Of a stretch of 36,584 bases of DNA, positions 19,147-28,823 are shown one piece after another (the stretch's first letter is position 1; each line of letters opens with the position of its first letter). The notes below the pieces were generated by a model. The model did not search any database and was not told the DNA's origin. It worked only from the letters and a program-made list of their open reading frames with translations. The position numbers were made by a program, and so were the translations under genes. Origin of the DNA: an uncultured Acidimicrobiaceae bacterium (GTDB lineage Bacteria > Actinomycetota > Acidimicrobiia > Spongiisociales > ZC4RG35). The DNA lies in NCBI GenBank assembly GCA_964600055.1, contig CAZRID010000004.1:1-36584 (forward strand), written 5' to 3'.

Positions 19147-19580
19147 TGGGACTGGCCACCGACGTCGACGTCTATCACTCCTATACCCAGGCTTTGCGAC
19201 ATCCGGTCATCATCGGGCATGTGGCCGGGTGGCGCCTCCCGTGGGCCTTGTCCGCTTCCCAGTTGGGTGCCATCGCCGGTACTAGCGGGTTGCTGCTGAT
19301 GACCCGACCGGTGTGGGCTCATCTCGGGAGTGTTGGCAATCTGGCCGTGTTTGTGCTGGCGGTCTTCGGGTCGGGGTGGGCGGTGAGGCATTGGCGGATC
19401 GAAGGACGCTCCCCATTCCGGGTAATGGCCGGGACCATAAGTCTGGTTTGTTCCCCTGGTTGCCGACTCGGAGTGCGCGGTGGAAGCCCTGTGACACCTC
19501 CTCGACCGTGTCGGGGAGACTCGGTCGGTCTACTAGTCGAACCCGAATCGCGATCAGTCGGGAGGGCAAGCCGTGGGTAG
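19146..19580 (+). CDS. TcpE/VirB3-like conjugation membrane protein
   Basis: SYT.A.RHP.IIG.V.GWRLP, two TM helices and RIEGRSP; TGATG coupling with the previous gene. Confidence 0.8.
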   Translation: MGLATDVDVYHSYTQALRHPVIIGHVAGWRLPWALSASQLGAIAGTSGLLLMTRPVWAHLGSVGNLAVFVLAVFGSGWAVRHWRIEGRSPFRVMAGTISLVCSPGCRLGVRGGSPVTPPRPCRGDSVGLLVEPESRSVGRASRG

Positions 19581-22089
19581 CCCGTTGCCGGTGCGGGGGA
19601 TCAGCGGGCATCTGGTGTGGGGTTCCGATGGAGCGGTGTGGGCGTGTTTCGAGTTGGTACCGTTTCCGTATCCACATCGGTCGATCCGTGACGCCCGCGA
19701 GGTGCATGCGCGGACAATGGCGGCTCTTCTGGCTCTGCCGTCGGAGTCTTTGATTGCCTCGGTCGCTCGGAGCCTTTCTCGTAAGGAACTCGAACAGCGG
19801 ATCGGGGCCAGCAACGGCCACGGCGAGCGGCCGGGTTGGGCTGGAGTGGCGCGGCAGGTGGCCGGTCGGCTGGCTGCCGAACCGATATTCGAAAGGAGCT
19901 GGTTTCTGGCCCTGCAGTTGCCTGACTCCGGTGGGACCCGCTTTTCGTTGGATCGGATTCGAGCGGCCGGGTCAGATGTTGGCTCGATGTTTGGGGTGGC
20001 GCCGTTGCTTCCGAGTCGAGGTCGGCTCGGGATTGCGATGTCACAGGCCGGGACCCTGGCTGATCAGCTTTCCCAGCATGTCCAAATCCGGCCGATGGCG
20101 GCGGCGCAGCTGAGGTGGCTCTACCAACGAGCCGTGCTCCGGGGACTCGGTGAGCTGTCCCTCCCCGAGCCCGTGACCGAGAACGGTCGTCCGTCGGTGG
20201 TGCGTTTGGACCGCGACGCGGTCTATTTCGAGGGTGGCCGTCGAACCGATCCGAATCGACCATCCCATAGGCGTTACCTCACTGTTGACCATCCCGATCA
20301 CGGGATCGGCTACCAGACCTTCTCCTGTCTGGCTGAGACACCGGCCGCATGGACTTTCCCATACGGATCCGGAGAGTGGCTGTGGCATCTCGACGACCAG
20401 CTTTCCTTCCCTGTCGATTGGGCGGTGCGGATCGGAAGGGTCGACAACCAGGCCGCCCGCCGTCGTGCACTGCGGGCGAAACGGAACCTGGTCGGCCAGC
20501 TCACCGAACCGGGCGGCGACCCGGCCGGCCCGGCCACCACCCTGACCGCGGCGGCCGATGCCATCGATGAGCATCGGGCCCGGCTCGAGTCCAACCCGGC
20601 CTTGCCGGCCTTTCGGGCCACCACCTTCGTAGCGTTGGCCCACCGCAATTTGGGCGAGTTGGAACGGCGGGCGGCGGTGTTCGAGTCGGGATTCCGGGCG
20701 GCCGAGTTCAACTTTTATCGACCGACTGGCGCCCAGTTGGCATGTTTCACCGCCATGCTCCCCGGGGCTTTTCTGACGCCGATTGTGCGGGAGTACGCCC
20801 AGGACTTCCTCCCCGACGGTCTGGCGTCGGGAATGCCGTTCGCCGGTTCGGGAGTCGGCGATCCCGGTGGGATGCTGCTCGGCACTTCGCTCGATGGCCT
20901 CTATTCGCGGCCGGTTTTCTTGGACCCGGCCCACGGCCCCGGTGACCTCAACCGGTCGGGCTCTCTCGCCGCGGTAGGAGAGTTGGGCGCCGGTAAGAGC
21001 TTCTTGGCCAAGACCCTCGCTTTCAACACGGTGGCGATGGGTGGTCAGGTGGTGACGGTCGACCGGACCGAGCAAGGCGAGTACGGCCGGTTGGCTGCGG
21101 TGATGGCGGGAACAGTGCAGGTGGTTGAGATATCAGCGGAAGCACAGGTGGGTCTCGACCCGTTCCAAGTCTTCGACACCGACGAACTGCGATTGCGGTA
21201 CGGAGTCGGGTTCATCACCCTGCTCACCGCCACCCCACCCGGATCAACCGCCGGAGCTCACTGCTACCGGGCAGCCCAGCGAACCTTGGAGGAGGCGGAA
21301 CAGACCGGTCGCGCCCCCCGTCTGCGGGATGTGATCGACCAGCTCGAAGCGATGGCAGGGCCGGGGGGTGATGTTGCGGAAAAGCTCCGAGCCCTTTCCG
21401 AGATTTCGTATGGACGGTTGGTGTTCGGTGACCCGGGACCAGCCGTCGACCTGACTGCTGACTACGTCTGTTTCCACATTCCCGGGTTGCGACTCCCCCG
21501 CCGTCACACCAACCGCGACGACCACCTACCCGAAGAACTGTTGGGTCAGGCGATCTTGTATCTGGTGGCGGCCTTCTCCCGCCGGGTTTTGTTCCGATCC
21601 TCGGATCGGTTCGCGGCTCTGCTGTTGGACGAGGCCCATGCCCTCACCGCCAGCGCTCAAGGTCATGCCTTGGTGATGGATCTGATCCGGGACGGCCGTA
21701 AACATTTCGCGGCGGTATGGGCGTTCAGTCAGCTCGCCACCGACCTCGACCTCACCGGGCAAGACGGCGAAGACGTCGATGCCCTGTTGGGGTACCGGTT
21801 CGTATTCCTCCAACCATTGCAGACCTCGGGCGAGGCACTCCGGTTCCTCGGGTCCGACACCCGGGACGACAACGTCGAAACAATAACCTCGCTCGCAACC
21901 GGCCAATGTTTGATGCGTGACCATTCCGGACGGCTGGGACTGGTCCAGATCGCCCTGCCGGACGACCCGGCGGTGGCCGCGGCCTTCTCCACCACTCCAA
22001 GCTCCACCCCGAGTCCAACCGGACGGTGGCCATCTCTTGAGAGGGCCGATCAACTCCCCGCCTTCGCGGCCAACGGGCATACCCAATGA
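19573..22089 (+). CDS. virB4: VirB4-like conjugative ATPase (TcpF/ConE type)
   Basis: 838 aa; Walker A GELGAGKS, Walker B LLLDEAH, RDGRKH...SQ and GQCLMRD..GR.G motifs. Confidence 0.92.
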   Translation: MGSPLPVRGISGHLVWGSDGAVWACFELVPFPYPHRSIRDAREVHARTMAALLALPSESLIASVARSLSRKELEQRIGASNGHGERPGWAGVARQVAGRLAAEPIFERSWFLALQLPDSGGTRFSLDRIRAAGSDVGSMFGVAPLLPSRGRLGIAMSQAGTLADQLSQHVQIRPMAAAQLRWLYQRAVLRGLGELSLPEPVTENGRPSVVRLDRDAVYFEGGRRTDPNRPSHRRYLTVDHPDHGIGYQTFSCLAETPAAWTFPYGSGEWLWHLDDQLSFPVDWAVRIGRVDNQAARRRALRAKRNLVGQLTEPGGDPAGPATTLTAAADAIDEHRARLESNPALPAFRATTFVALAHRNLGELERRAAVFESGFRAAEFNFYRPTGAQLACFTAMLPGAFLTPIVREYAQDFLPDGLASGMPFAGSGVGDPGGMLLGTSLDGLYSRPVFLDPAHGPGDLNRSGSLAAVGELGAGKSFLAKTLAFNTVAMGGQVVTVDRTEQGEYGRLAAVMAGTVQVVEISAEAQVGLDPFQVFDTDELRLRYGVGFITLLTATPPGSTAGAHCYRAAQRTLEEAEQTGRAPRLRDVIDQLEAMAGPGGDVAEKLRALSEISYGRLVFGDPGPAVDLTADYVCFHIPGLRLPRRHTNRDDHLPEELLGQAILYLVAAFSRRVLFRSSDRFAALLLDEAHALTASAQGHALVMDLIRDGRKHFAAVWAFSQLATDLDLTGQDGEDVDALLGYRFVFLQPLQTSGEALRFLGSDTRDDNVETITSLATGQCLMRDHSGRLGLVQIALPDDPAVAAAFSTTPSSTPSPTGRWPSLERADQLPAFAANGHTQ

Positions 22090-23585
22090 CTGGCGGTTCC
22101 GGACCGGTTCAACGTTTTCTGCACCGCCGGTCCGGGTTCGACCGGCCGGTCTGGATCGTGGTTTGGCTGCTGGCCGTTCTCGCCCTCAACCAGATGATCG
22201 GAGCGGCCTCGGCCCAAGCCCAGACCGACCAGCCTGCTGGCGGACAGCTGGGTGATGGTCTCTACCCGCCCACTCACTATCCGACCGATAGCAGCCAGGG
22301 AATCGTCTCGATCGGCGGATATGACATCGGCTGCGCCAACGACGGACTGGTCGGCGATGTCGGCTGCATGACCGTGGGCACTGCTACCAACCTGGTCTTC
22401 TCGATCGGCAAGCTCATGGTCGGGTTGGCGATCTGGCTGCTCGAAGCCGCCACCGGGTTCGTTATTGAAGAGGCATTGACCGGAGCAGCCACCGCCATTG
22501 CCGACCTGCTCGACGGACGGGTGTTGGGAGCGATGCGACTCTCCCACCTCGGGTTGGTGGTGTCGGCTCTCTACATGGGCTGGCAGTTCCTACGGGGAAG
22601 GGTCAGCGCCGGGGCCGGCGAGTTCGCCCTCAGCCTGGCCGTGTTCGCGGTCCTGGTCCACGTCAGCACCGGAGCCGGGTTCGGTGGGGCGGTGACCGGA
22701 GCGATGGAGACCGCCGGCGGCATCTCCTCCGAGATCGTCTCCCTGGCCGCTGGCACCGATCAGGGCTCAGAGGTACCGGACCGGGTAGGCGGAGCCTTGT
22801 TGGCAAGCTTCGTCCGCGACCCCTACGACACCATCAGCTGGGGAAGTCTGCTCGAGGGGATCGGCTGTGCCGATGCCCGTAACCAGGCGTTGGCGTCTGG
22901 TCCGCACGGTTTCGACGAGCTGCCCCGCCAGCAGATGGAACAAGCCGGCTGCCAGGCGCAAGCAGCCTTCAACGCCGAAGCCTCGGTCGGTCGTCTGGTC
23001 GGAGCGCTGCTCTACCTGGTCGTGGCCGGCGCCGCTCTAGCCCTGTTTCTGATCACCGCTTTCACCCTGGTAGTGGCCAAAGGCATGGCCCTCTTCCTGG
23101 TCGCCCTTCTACCGGTCGCGCTTTACGCCGGGCTGTTCCCGGGGGCGGGACGAAGCCTGCTGTGGCATTGGGTTGCTGCCCTGGCCAGGGTGGTAGCGCT
23201 GGTGATCGTCATGGGCGTCTTCCTGGCGCTGCTGGTGGTCGGGCTCAACGGTCTCCTGGCGGTGCCGGGAGGGATGTGGACCAGGTTCCTGCTGGTGATC
23301 TTCTTCATGGCAGTGATGTGGGTAGGCCGCCGCCAACTGGTCGACATCTCCGCCCGGTTCGCCGATTCCACCCTTCACCGACTCGAAGGTGCCCGGCTGG
23401 GAGGAAGCCACGGCGCGACTTGGATCCGCCCCTACCAGGCGGGCGGCATCACCGGACTCGGGCTCAGCCAAACAGTCCACGAATCCACCGCCGAACTTCC
23501 CGGTCGGCCCCGCAAGCAACGCAGCCAAGTCCCGGCCCTGGCCGCCAAAGCCTGGACACAGGCCCGGCGGAGGACCCCGCTGTGA
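22086..23585 (+). CDS. Polytopic VirB6/TrbL-like conjugation membrane protein
   Basis: Multiple TM segments; ATGA overlap with virB4. Confidence 0.8.
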   Translation: MTGGSGPVQRFLHRRSGFDRPVWIVVWLLAVLALNQMIGAASAQAQTDQPAGGQLGDGLYPPTHYPTDSSQGIVSIGGYDIGCANDGLVGDVGCMTVGTATNLVFSIGKLMVGLAIWLLEAATGFVIEEALTGAATAIADLLDGRVLGAMRLSHLGLVVSALYMGWQFLRGRVSAGAGEFALSLAVFAVLVHVSTGAGFGGAVTGAMETAGGISSEIVSLAAGTDQGSEVPDRVGGALLASFVRDPYDTISWGSLLEGIGCADARNQALASGPHGFDELPRQQMEQAGCQAQAAFNAEASVGRLVGALLYLVVAGAALALFLITAFTLVVAKGMALFLVALLPVALYAGLFPGAGRSLLWHWVAALARVVALVIVMGVFLALLVVGLNGLLAVPGGMWTRFLLVIFFMAVMWVGRRQLVDISARFADSTLHRLEGARLGGSHGATWIRPYQAGGITGLGLSQTVHESTAELPGRPRKQRSQVPALAAKAWTQARRRTPL

Positions 23586-24796
23586 GTTGGCACCTCGTCG
23601 CCAAAGCCGCGGCCCACGTCGCCAAGAAACAGCTGGCAAGGAGGCGGTCGCACAAGGGCGGTTCGATGCTTCGACGTGGCATCGTCACGATCGTCGTCGT
23701 TTCAGGACCGGCATCGCTCCTGGCAATGGTGATGATGCTGGGCGTGGCGACCGTAGCCGCCGGCGCTCCCGCCGTCGCGGCGGGAGGTGCCCTCGGGATC
23801 CCCCCGCTGGTCTTCTCGGCCTACCTCAACGCTGAGGCCAACGCCTCGTCGATCGCTCCGACCTGTGTGGTGGATTGGCCGGTCATCGCCGCTATCTGGA
23901 AAGTCGAATCGGACCACGCCACCACCGGCGGCCGCACCATCCAAAACGACGGGACCGTGGCCCCTCCCCTGTTCGGGCCGACCCTTGACGGCTCCATCGT
24001 CGGTGTCGCCACCATTCCCGATACCGACGGTGGCGCCCTCGACGGTGACCCGGTTTGGGATCGGGCGGTGGGACCCGCCCAGTTCCTACCCGGCTCCTGG
24101 CGGACGATGGGACAAGACGGCAACCGCGACGGGATCGCCGACCCCCACAACGTGTTCGACGCTGCCCTCGCCACCGTCGGCCACCTCTGTCTCGCTACGC
24201 CGGACGACTACAACGTTCCAGGAGATCTTGTTCGGGCGGTCCGTGGCTACAACAACTCGGCCGATTACGTCATGGTTGTGCTCGGGTGGATCGATTATTA
24301 CCGGTCCTTCCACTTCGCCGACGGGACCGTTACCGCTGACGGGCTCTACGCCTTTCCGCTGCCCGCCGACACGGTCACGGTCGAACAGATCCGCCGGACC
24401 CACCACGACTACCCCGCCTCCGACCTGGCAGTGGGCGAAGGCACCCCGGTCTATGCCGCCCATCCCGGCACCGTCATCGCTCTCCACTCCCCCTGCGCCG
24501 ACATCGACCGCTGCCGATGTGGGTGGGGAGTCACCATCGACGGTTTCGACAATCACCGGTACACGTACTGCCACGGCCAACACCTCACCCCCGCAATGGA
24601 AATCGGAAGAACCGTCGCCGCCGGAAAAGCGGTCATGGCCTCGGGCAACACCGGCAACTCCACCGGCCCCCACCTCCACTTCCAAATCGGCAACCCCCAA
24701 GGTCAACTCATCTGCCCCCAAAGCCTCCTCGAAGCGTGGTGGAACGGGATCAGCCTCAGCCCCATCACCGCCCCGACCGGCGGCTGCACACCCTGA
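23582..24796 (+). CDS. Conjugative peptidoglycan hydrolase: lytic transglycosylase + M23 peptidase
   Basis: TM anchor; AAIWKVES, AVGPAQF, DGN.DG..DP.N..DA and YN.S..Y (transglycosylase); HxxxD (HDYPASD) and STGPHLHF (M23). GTG 23582 overlaps the previous stop. Confidence 0.88.
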   Translation: MSWHLVAKAAAHVAKKQLARRRSHKGGSMLRRGIVTIVVVSGPASLLAMVMMLGVATVAAGAPAVAAGGALGIPPLVFSAYLNAEANASSIAPTCVVDWPVIAAIWKVESDHATTGGRTIQNDGTVAPPLFGPTLDGSIVGVATIPDTDGGALDGDPVWDRAVGPAQFLPGSWRTMGQDGNRDGIADPHNVFDAALATVGHLCLATPDDYNVPGDLVRAVRGYNNSADYVMVVLGWIDYYRSFHFADGTVTADGLYAFPLPADTVTVEQIRRTHHDYPASDLAVGEGTPVYAAHPGTVIALHSPCADIDRCRCGWGVTIDGFDNHRYTYCHGQHLTPAMEIGRTVAAGKAVMASGNTGNSTGPHLHFQIGNPQGQLICPQSLLEAWWNGISLSPITAPTGGCTP

Positions 24797-24839
24797 TACC
24801 GCTCGAGTCGCCCCCAAGAAGCCCGCAAGGAGTCCGACC

Positions 24840-26540
24840 GTGACCGAAAGTAAAGAACCTCACGGGCTCGACGGGGACCAACTGCTCACCTGGACCGGAG
24901 CGGCGGTCACCTCTGCCTGTCTGGTTGTGTGGGCAGCTCACCAGATCACTGCCCGGATATGGGGCGGTGGTTGGCTCCCGGTTGCACCCTGGGAGAGCCC
25001 CACTCTCCTCTGGCAACTCGTCACCCAGCCCGCCGACCCATACGGCTTCTACGGACAGGGCCAGGTGTTGATGCCGAGTCTTGTTCCTTTCTACATAACA
25101 CTCGGGCTTCTGATCGTCACAGTTGCCGTCCTGGCCGCGATCGGCTGGCACTACTGGCAAGCCCAAACGGCCGGTGGCGACCTCGGAGCAGCCCGATGGG
25201 CCCGACCCGGCGACCTGAAACCAATCCTGGTTCACCAACCCCAACCCGGGCGGCTCACCCTCGGCACCGTCGGCCGCCGCCGTCTACTCGCCACCGAAGA
25301 ACAGCACTCGGTGGCAGTGATCGGACCGGCCGGTACCGGCAAGACCACCGGATTTGCCATCCCCGCCCTCCTCGAGTGGGACGGGCCAATCGTCGCCACC
25401 TCAGTCAAAGGCGACCTCCTTGAACACACCATCCAACACCGGCAGTCCCGAGGCGAGGTATGGGTGTACGACCCGACCGGTTCAACCGGACAACCAGCCG
25501 CCGGCTGGAACCCCCTCACGGCTTCGGCTGGATGGCAAGGCGCACTACGGATGGCCGCATGGCTGGTCTCCACCGCCCGCGCCGGCGAACGCGGCGGCCT
25601 CCAAGACTCCGACTTCTGGTACGCGGTCGCCCAGAAATTGCTCGCCCCTCTTCTCTACGCCGCTGCCACCTCGGGAGGGAGCATGCGCGACGTGGTCAGA
25701 TGGGTCGACCTCCAAGACGAAGACGAACCGCTCCAGGCTCTCCACCAAGCCGGAGACATCGACGCGGTCCAAGCCTTCGCTGCCACCATCAACCGGGAAG
25801 ACCGCAGCCGCTCGTCTGCCTACACCACCACCGAAACGGTCCTTGCTGCCTTCTCCGACCCCGCCGTGCTCACCACTACATCTACCCAACCCGCCTTCAC
25901 TCCTCAGCGACTCCTCGATGGTGGCAATCACACCCTCTACGTGTGCGGGCCTCTCCACGAACAAGCCCGCCTCCGCCCGCTCTTCACTGCCCTGATCGAA
26001 GAAACCGTCCACGCCGTCTATCACCGCGCCAACCATCCCGACACTCGACTCCTAAAGCCGCTCCTCTTGGTGATCGACGAGGCGGCCAACATCGCACCAC
26101 TCCCCGACCTGGCCCAACTCGCCTCCACCGCCAGAGGTGTCGGGATCCAACTCGTCACCGTGTGGCAGGACTTCGCCCAACTCCAAGCCCGCTACGGGAC
26201 CTTCGCCCAGACCGTCATCAACAACCACCGGGCCAAAGTCGTTCTCTCCGGCGTATCCGACACACCCACACTTGAGTATGTGAGCCGGCTCATCGGCGAC
26301 CAAGCCGTCACCGAAACCTCCGAGACCCGTGGCCACGATGGGTCAAGGCGATCCACCACCGAATCCGTGCGCCAACAACCCCTGGCACCCCCAGCACGAC
26401 TCCGCCAAACCGAAACCGGGACCGGAGTCCTCGTCTACGGCAATCTGGCCCCAGTGCGTCTCCGCCTCCGACCCTGGTACAACACCAGCCGAGGCCTCCT
26501 GCGCGGTGGGACGGCGCGGATGCGTGCTTTCGATAGATAG
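24840..26540 (+). CDS. virD4: Type IV coupling protein (VirD4/TraG family)
   Basis: Two N-terminal TMs, GAARWA, Walker A GPAGTGKT, TSVKGD, WNPL, LVIDEAAN and Q..AQL..RYG; AAGGAG RBS before GTG 24840. Confidence 0.92.
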   Translation: MTESKEPHGLDGDQLLTWTGAAVTSACLVVWAAHQITARIWGGGWLPVAPWESPTLLWQLVTQPADPYGFYGQGQVLMPSLVPFYITLGLLIVTVAVLAAIGWHYWQAQTAGGDLGAARWARPGDLKPILVHQPQPGRLTLGTVGRRRLLATEEQHSVAVIGPAGTGKTTGFAIPALLEWDGPIVATSVKGDLLEHTIQHRQSRGEVWVYDPTGSTGQPAAGWNPLTASAGWQGALRMAAWLVSTARAGERGGLQDSDFWYAVAQKLLAPLLYAAATSGGSMRDVVRWVDLQDEDEPLQALHQAGDIDAVQAFAATINREDRSRSSAYTTTETVLAAFSDPAVLTTTSTQPAFTPQRLLDGGNHTLYVCGPLHEQARLRPLFTALIEETVHAVYHRANHPDTRLLKPLLLVIDEAANIAPLPDLAQLASTARGVGIQLVTVWQDFAQLQARYGTFAQTVINNHRAKVVLSGVSDTPTLEYVSRLIGDQAVTETSETRGHDGSRRSTTESVRQQPLAPPARLRQTETGTGVLVYGNLAPVRLRLRPWYNTSRGLLRGGTARMRAFDR

Positions 26541-26720
26541 CGATCGTCGCCGTTCAAGGCGACGGCAATCGGAGGTAACGAACCAACTTGTAGTTTTCCA
26601 GACCGGACAAATATTCGCCGAAGTTGACCCGGGCATAGAGGTCGACCTGAATGCGCCAAGCAGGAAGCGGAAGCCAGCTTGAGTGACACTCCGGGCCCTG
26701 CTTGGTGCCGAATCCGGCGT

Positions 26721-26970
26721 TCTACGGCATCTTCGCCCAAACCGTCATCAACAACCACGGGGCCATAGGTGTCCTCACCGGCGTATCAGACACCCATACG
26801 TCACCCGACTCATCGGCCACCAAGCCGCCAACGAAGCCTCCCACTACCACGGCTCGACGCGATCAACGACCCAATCGGTCCGGCAAGCCCTCGCACCTCC
26901 GGCCGGCGGAAACCGGAATCGGCGTCCTCGTCTACGGCAACCTGGCACAAGCGCGGATACGCCTCCGCCC
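26721..26970 (+). pseudogene. Frameshifted, diverged second copy of the virD4 3' end
   Basis: Aligns by eye with 26191-26474. YGIFAQTVINNH...GVSDT, YVTRLIG.QA...RSTTQSVRQ.LAPPA and ETG.GVLVYGNLA..R.RLRP are spread over two frames. Confidence 0.85.
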
Positions 26971-27236
26971 TTCGTTCAAGTCCTACAATCGACGACTCCT
27001 ATCGCCAAGCAAACTCCGACACAACAGACAAGAGACTAAGTGAACTCCAAGCCTCTTGGGCAGGCACGCGGACTTCTCCAAAGCCAAGTGCCTCACTTCG
27101 AGCTTGGCGCAGGACCAACTCGCCATGGCCGACGCCCGGTTGGAACCCTTTGGCGACCTTCGGCGAATATATATGGCAACGGAGGTCTGGGCTGAGTTGA
27201 GGTGGTAATCCGTCGATACGTTGGAAGGAGTTTCCA

Positions 27237-27908
27237 TTGAAACGTGGGTTGATTGTCTTCTGCCTCGCAGCGCTATTAATAACTGCAATTAGCGGGAGTG
27301 CTTTGTCGCAATTCACCCCGGCCACGGCTGGAAGTGACCAAGCGCCCGAGATACCCCTAGCCGCTGACGATGCTCCCATCGGGTCTGAGCCGAGCCGAAC
27401 TCTTACTTCGGAAGCCGATCCTGCTGCTCCATCCGAAGATGAGATGTTCGTACAAGACGACGAGACGGTTGAGCTTGTGATCCAGGACCAGGGACCGATC
27501 GGTCGATCGATTGTTTCCACCCTGCCCACCTTGGTCGGTTTGGAAACGGCCGAAGTTCTCGGAGCATACGATTTGGTCTCCGAGACCGATCCTGGTGTGG
27601 GAGTAGTCGGTGTCCGGACGGCGAGTGGGTTACGCGTCGATCTGATTGTTGAGATCGACGGCACGTTCAATCTCATGCACTTCGGCGTGAACTTCCGAGA
27701 AAGTTCTGCCAATGGGATTCAGCTTGCTACCCGAGACAACGGGCGCAATCTTCAAGTAATCGGGGTAACAGCAGCTGGTCGCCTCGCCAACATACTCGTC
27801 TACTACAACGACGGTCCAACTGAGGACCGTGTCTCATTAACCAGTTCACCCTTTGACCAATCAAGAGTCGAGGAATGGGTCGTGGCAATTCTCAGCGCGC
27901 AACGCTGA
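27237..27908 (+). CDS. Exported hypothetical protein
   Basis: GGAAGGAG RBS, signal-like MKRGLIVFCLAALLITAISGSALS, a Pro/Ala/Asp linker and a beta-rich domain. Confidence 0.7.
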   Translation: MKRGLIVFCLAALLITAISGSALSQFTPATAGSDQAPEIPLAADDAPIGSEPSRTLTSEADPAAPSEDEMFVQDDETVELVIQDQGPIGRSIVSTLPTLVGLETAEVLGAYDLVSETDPGVGVVGVRTASGLRVDLIVEIDGTFNLMHFGVNFRESSANGIQLATRDNGRNLQVIGVTAAGRLANILVYYNDGPTEDRVSLTSSPFDQSRVEEWVVAILSAQR

Positions 27909-27930
27909 TCCAGCGAAAGGATTGACCAAG

Positions 27931-28440
27931 ATGCGAAACAAGAAGCGTTTTCGGCTCGTCATAAGTGCAATCGTGTTCGTGTTTGTCGTCCCCTCGAGCG
28001 CGGCCTTGGGTTGCGTCAACTATGGCTCCTACCCCTCGTTGTGGGACGACAATTGCACAGTGGGCGATGGATACGACGAAGCCGGAAACTTCATCACGGG
28101 TCTCCAGCGCATTCTCACCTATCTCAGTTACAGCCCTGGCTCCTGGGATGGACTGTGGGGTGCGAACACCGAAGGTGCCGTAGAGGACTTTCAAGGTGAC
28201 CATTCCCTGACTGTCGACGGTGTCGTTGGACCCAATACCTGGTTCGCGTTCGCTGACCACATGAACTCGTGCTTCTTGATGAGTGGATACCAGTACTTTC
28301 GGTCAGATGGGTTCTTTTATACATGTTTCGACGCTGCAGACGATCATCAATGGCGTTTGAGTCAAGGCAGCGGGACGATGTACATCAAGAAACTGGACCT
28401 GACCTGGCAGACACAATTCAGCGCATTCGGCCCTAACTGA
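27931..28440 (+). CDS. Secreted protein with a peptidoglycan-binding (PG_binding_1-like) domain
   Basis: Signal peptide; LQRILT.L...G..DG.WG.NTE.AV.DFQ....LTVDGVVGPNTW; four Cys. Confidence 0.85.
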   Translation: MRNKKRFRLVISAIVFVFVVPSSAALGCVNYGSYPSLWDDNCTVGDGYDEAGNFITGLQRILTYLSYSPGSWDGLWGANTEGAVEDFQGDHSLTVDGVVGPNTWFAFADHMNSCFLMSGYQYFRSDGFFYTCFDAADDHQWRLSQGSGTMYIKKLDLTWQTQFSAFGPN

Positions 28441-28823
28441 CTCGACGACATACTCATCACAACATGGGACCAGATCGGAGAACCCGATCTGGAACGCCTC
28501 GGCCACAGCACAATCCAAGTCACGCTTGGTACTTACGGTCACGTCTTCCCAAGCCTAGAAGCATCACTCACCGAAGCACTCGACGACGTCTACTGATCCG
28601 CAGCGCTGGCCAAACGTCTCCAAACGTGTGCCATCGAGCGACCCTTGAGGTGAATCACCGGACTGGAACGCGTTTCGGCATCAGTCCCTACAAGTCGAAT
28701 CAACCTGTCGCGCGTCCTCGAGAAGGACACCGAAAGTCTGGACCGAGCGCGGGGACTTGGGTCGTGGGGCAAGCAATGGCCGAGCCGAAAACTTGGTCCC
28801 ATGCTGACATACCAACCCCAAAA

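Larger units (their letters stand above)
17605..26540 (+). mobile_element. Conjugation (Gram-positive T4SS) module of an ICE-like element
   Basis: Co-directional, mostly overlapping TcpC, pilin-like, TcpE, VirB4, VirB6-like, hydrolase and VirD4 genes. Flanked by defence cargo and a tRNA 3' end. Confidence 0.85.

Noticed and set aside
23162-24839. Long N-terminal extensions of the hydrolase (from 23162) and VirD4 (from 23787), suggesting fusions or overlapping genes
   Set aside because: These are Pro/Arg/Ser-rich shadow frames typical of high-GC DNA; better starts exist at 23582 (coupled to the upstream stop) and 24840 (with RBS).
26545-26564. 7-bp hairpin CGTCGCC-GTTCAA-GGCGACG after virD4
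   Set aside because: It could be a weak terminator, but it is short, GC-rich and lacks a U-tract, so it is not distinguishable from chance.
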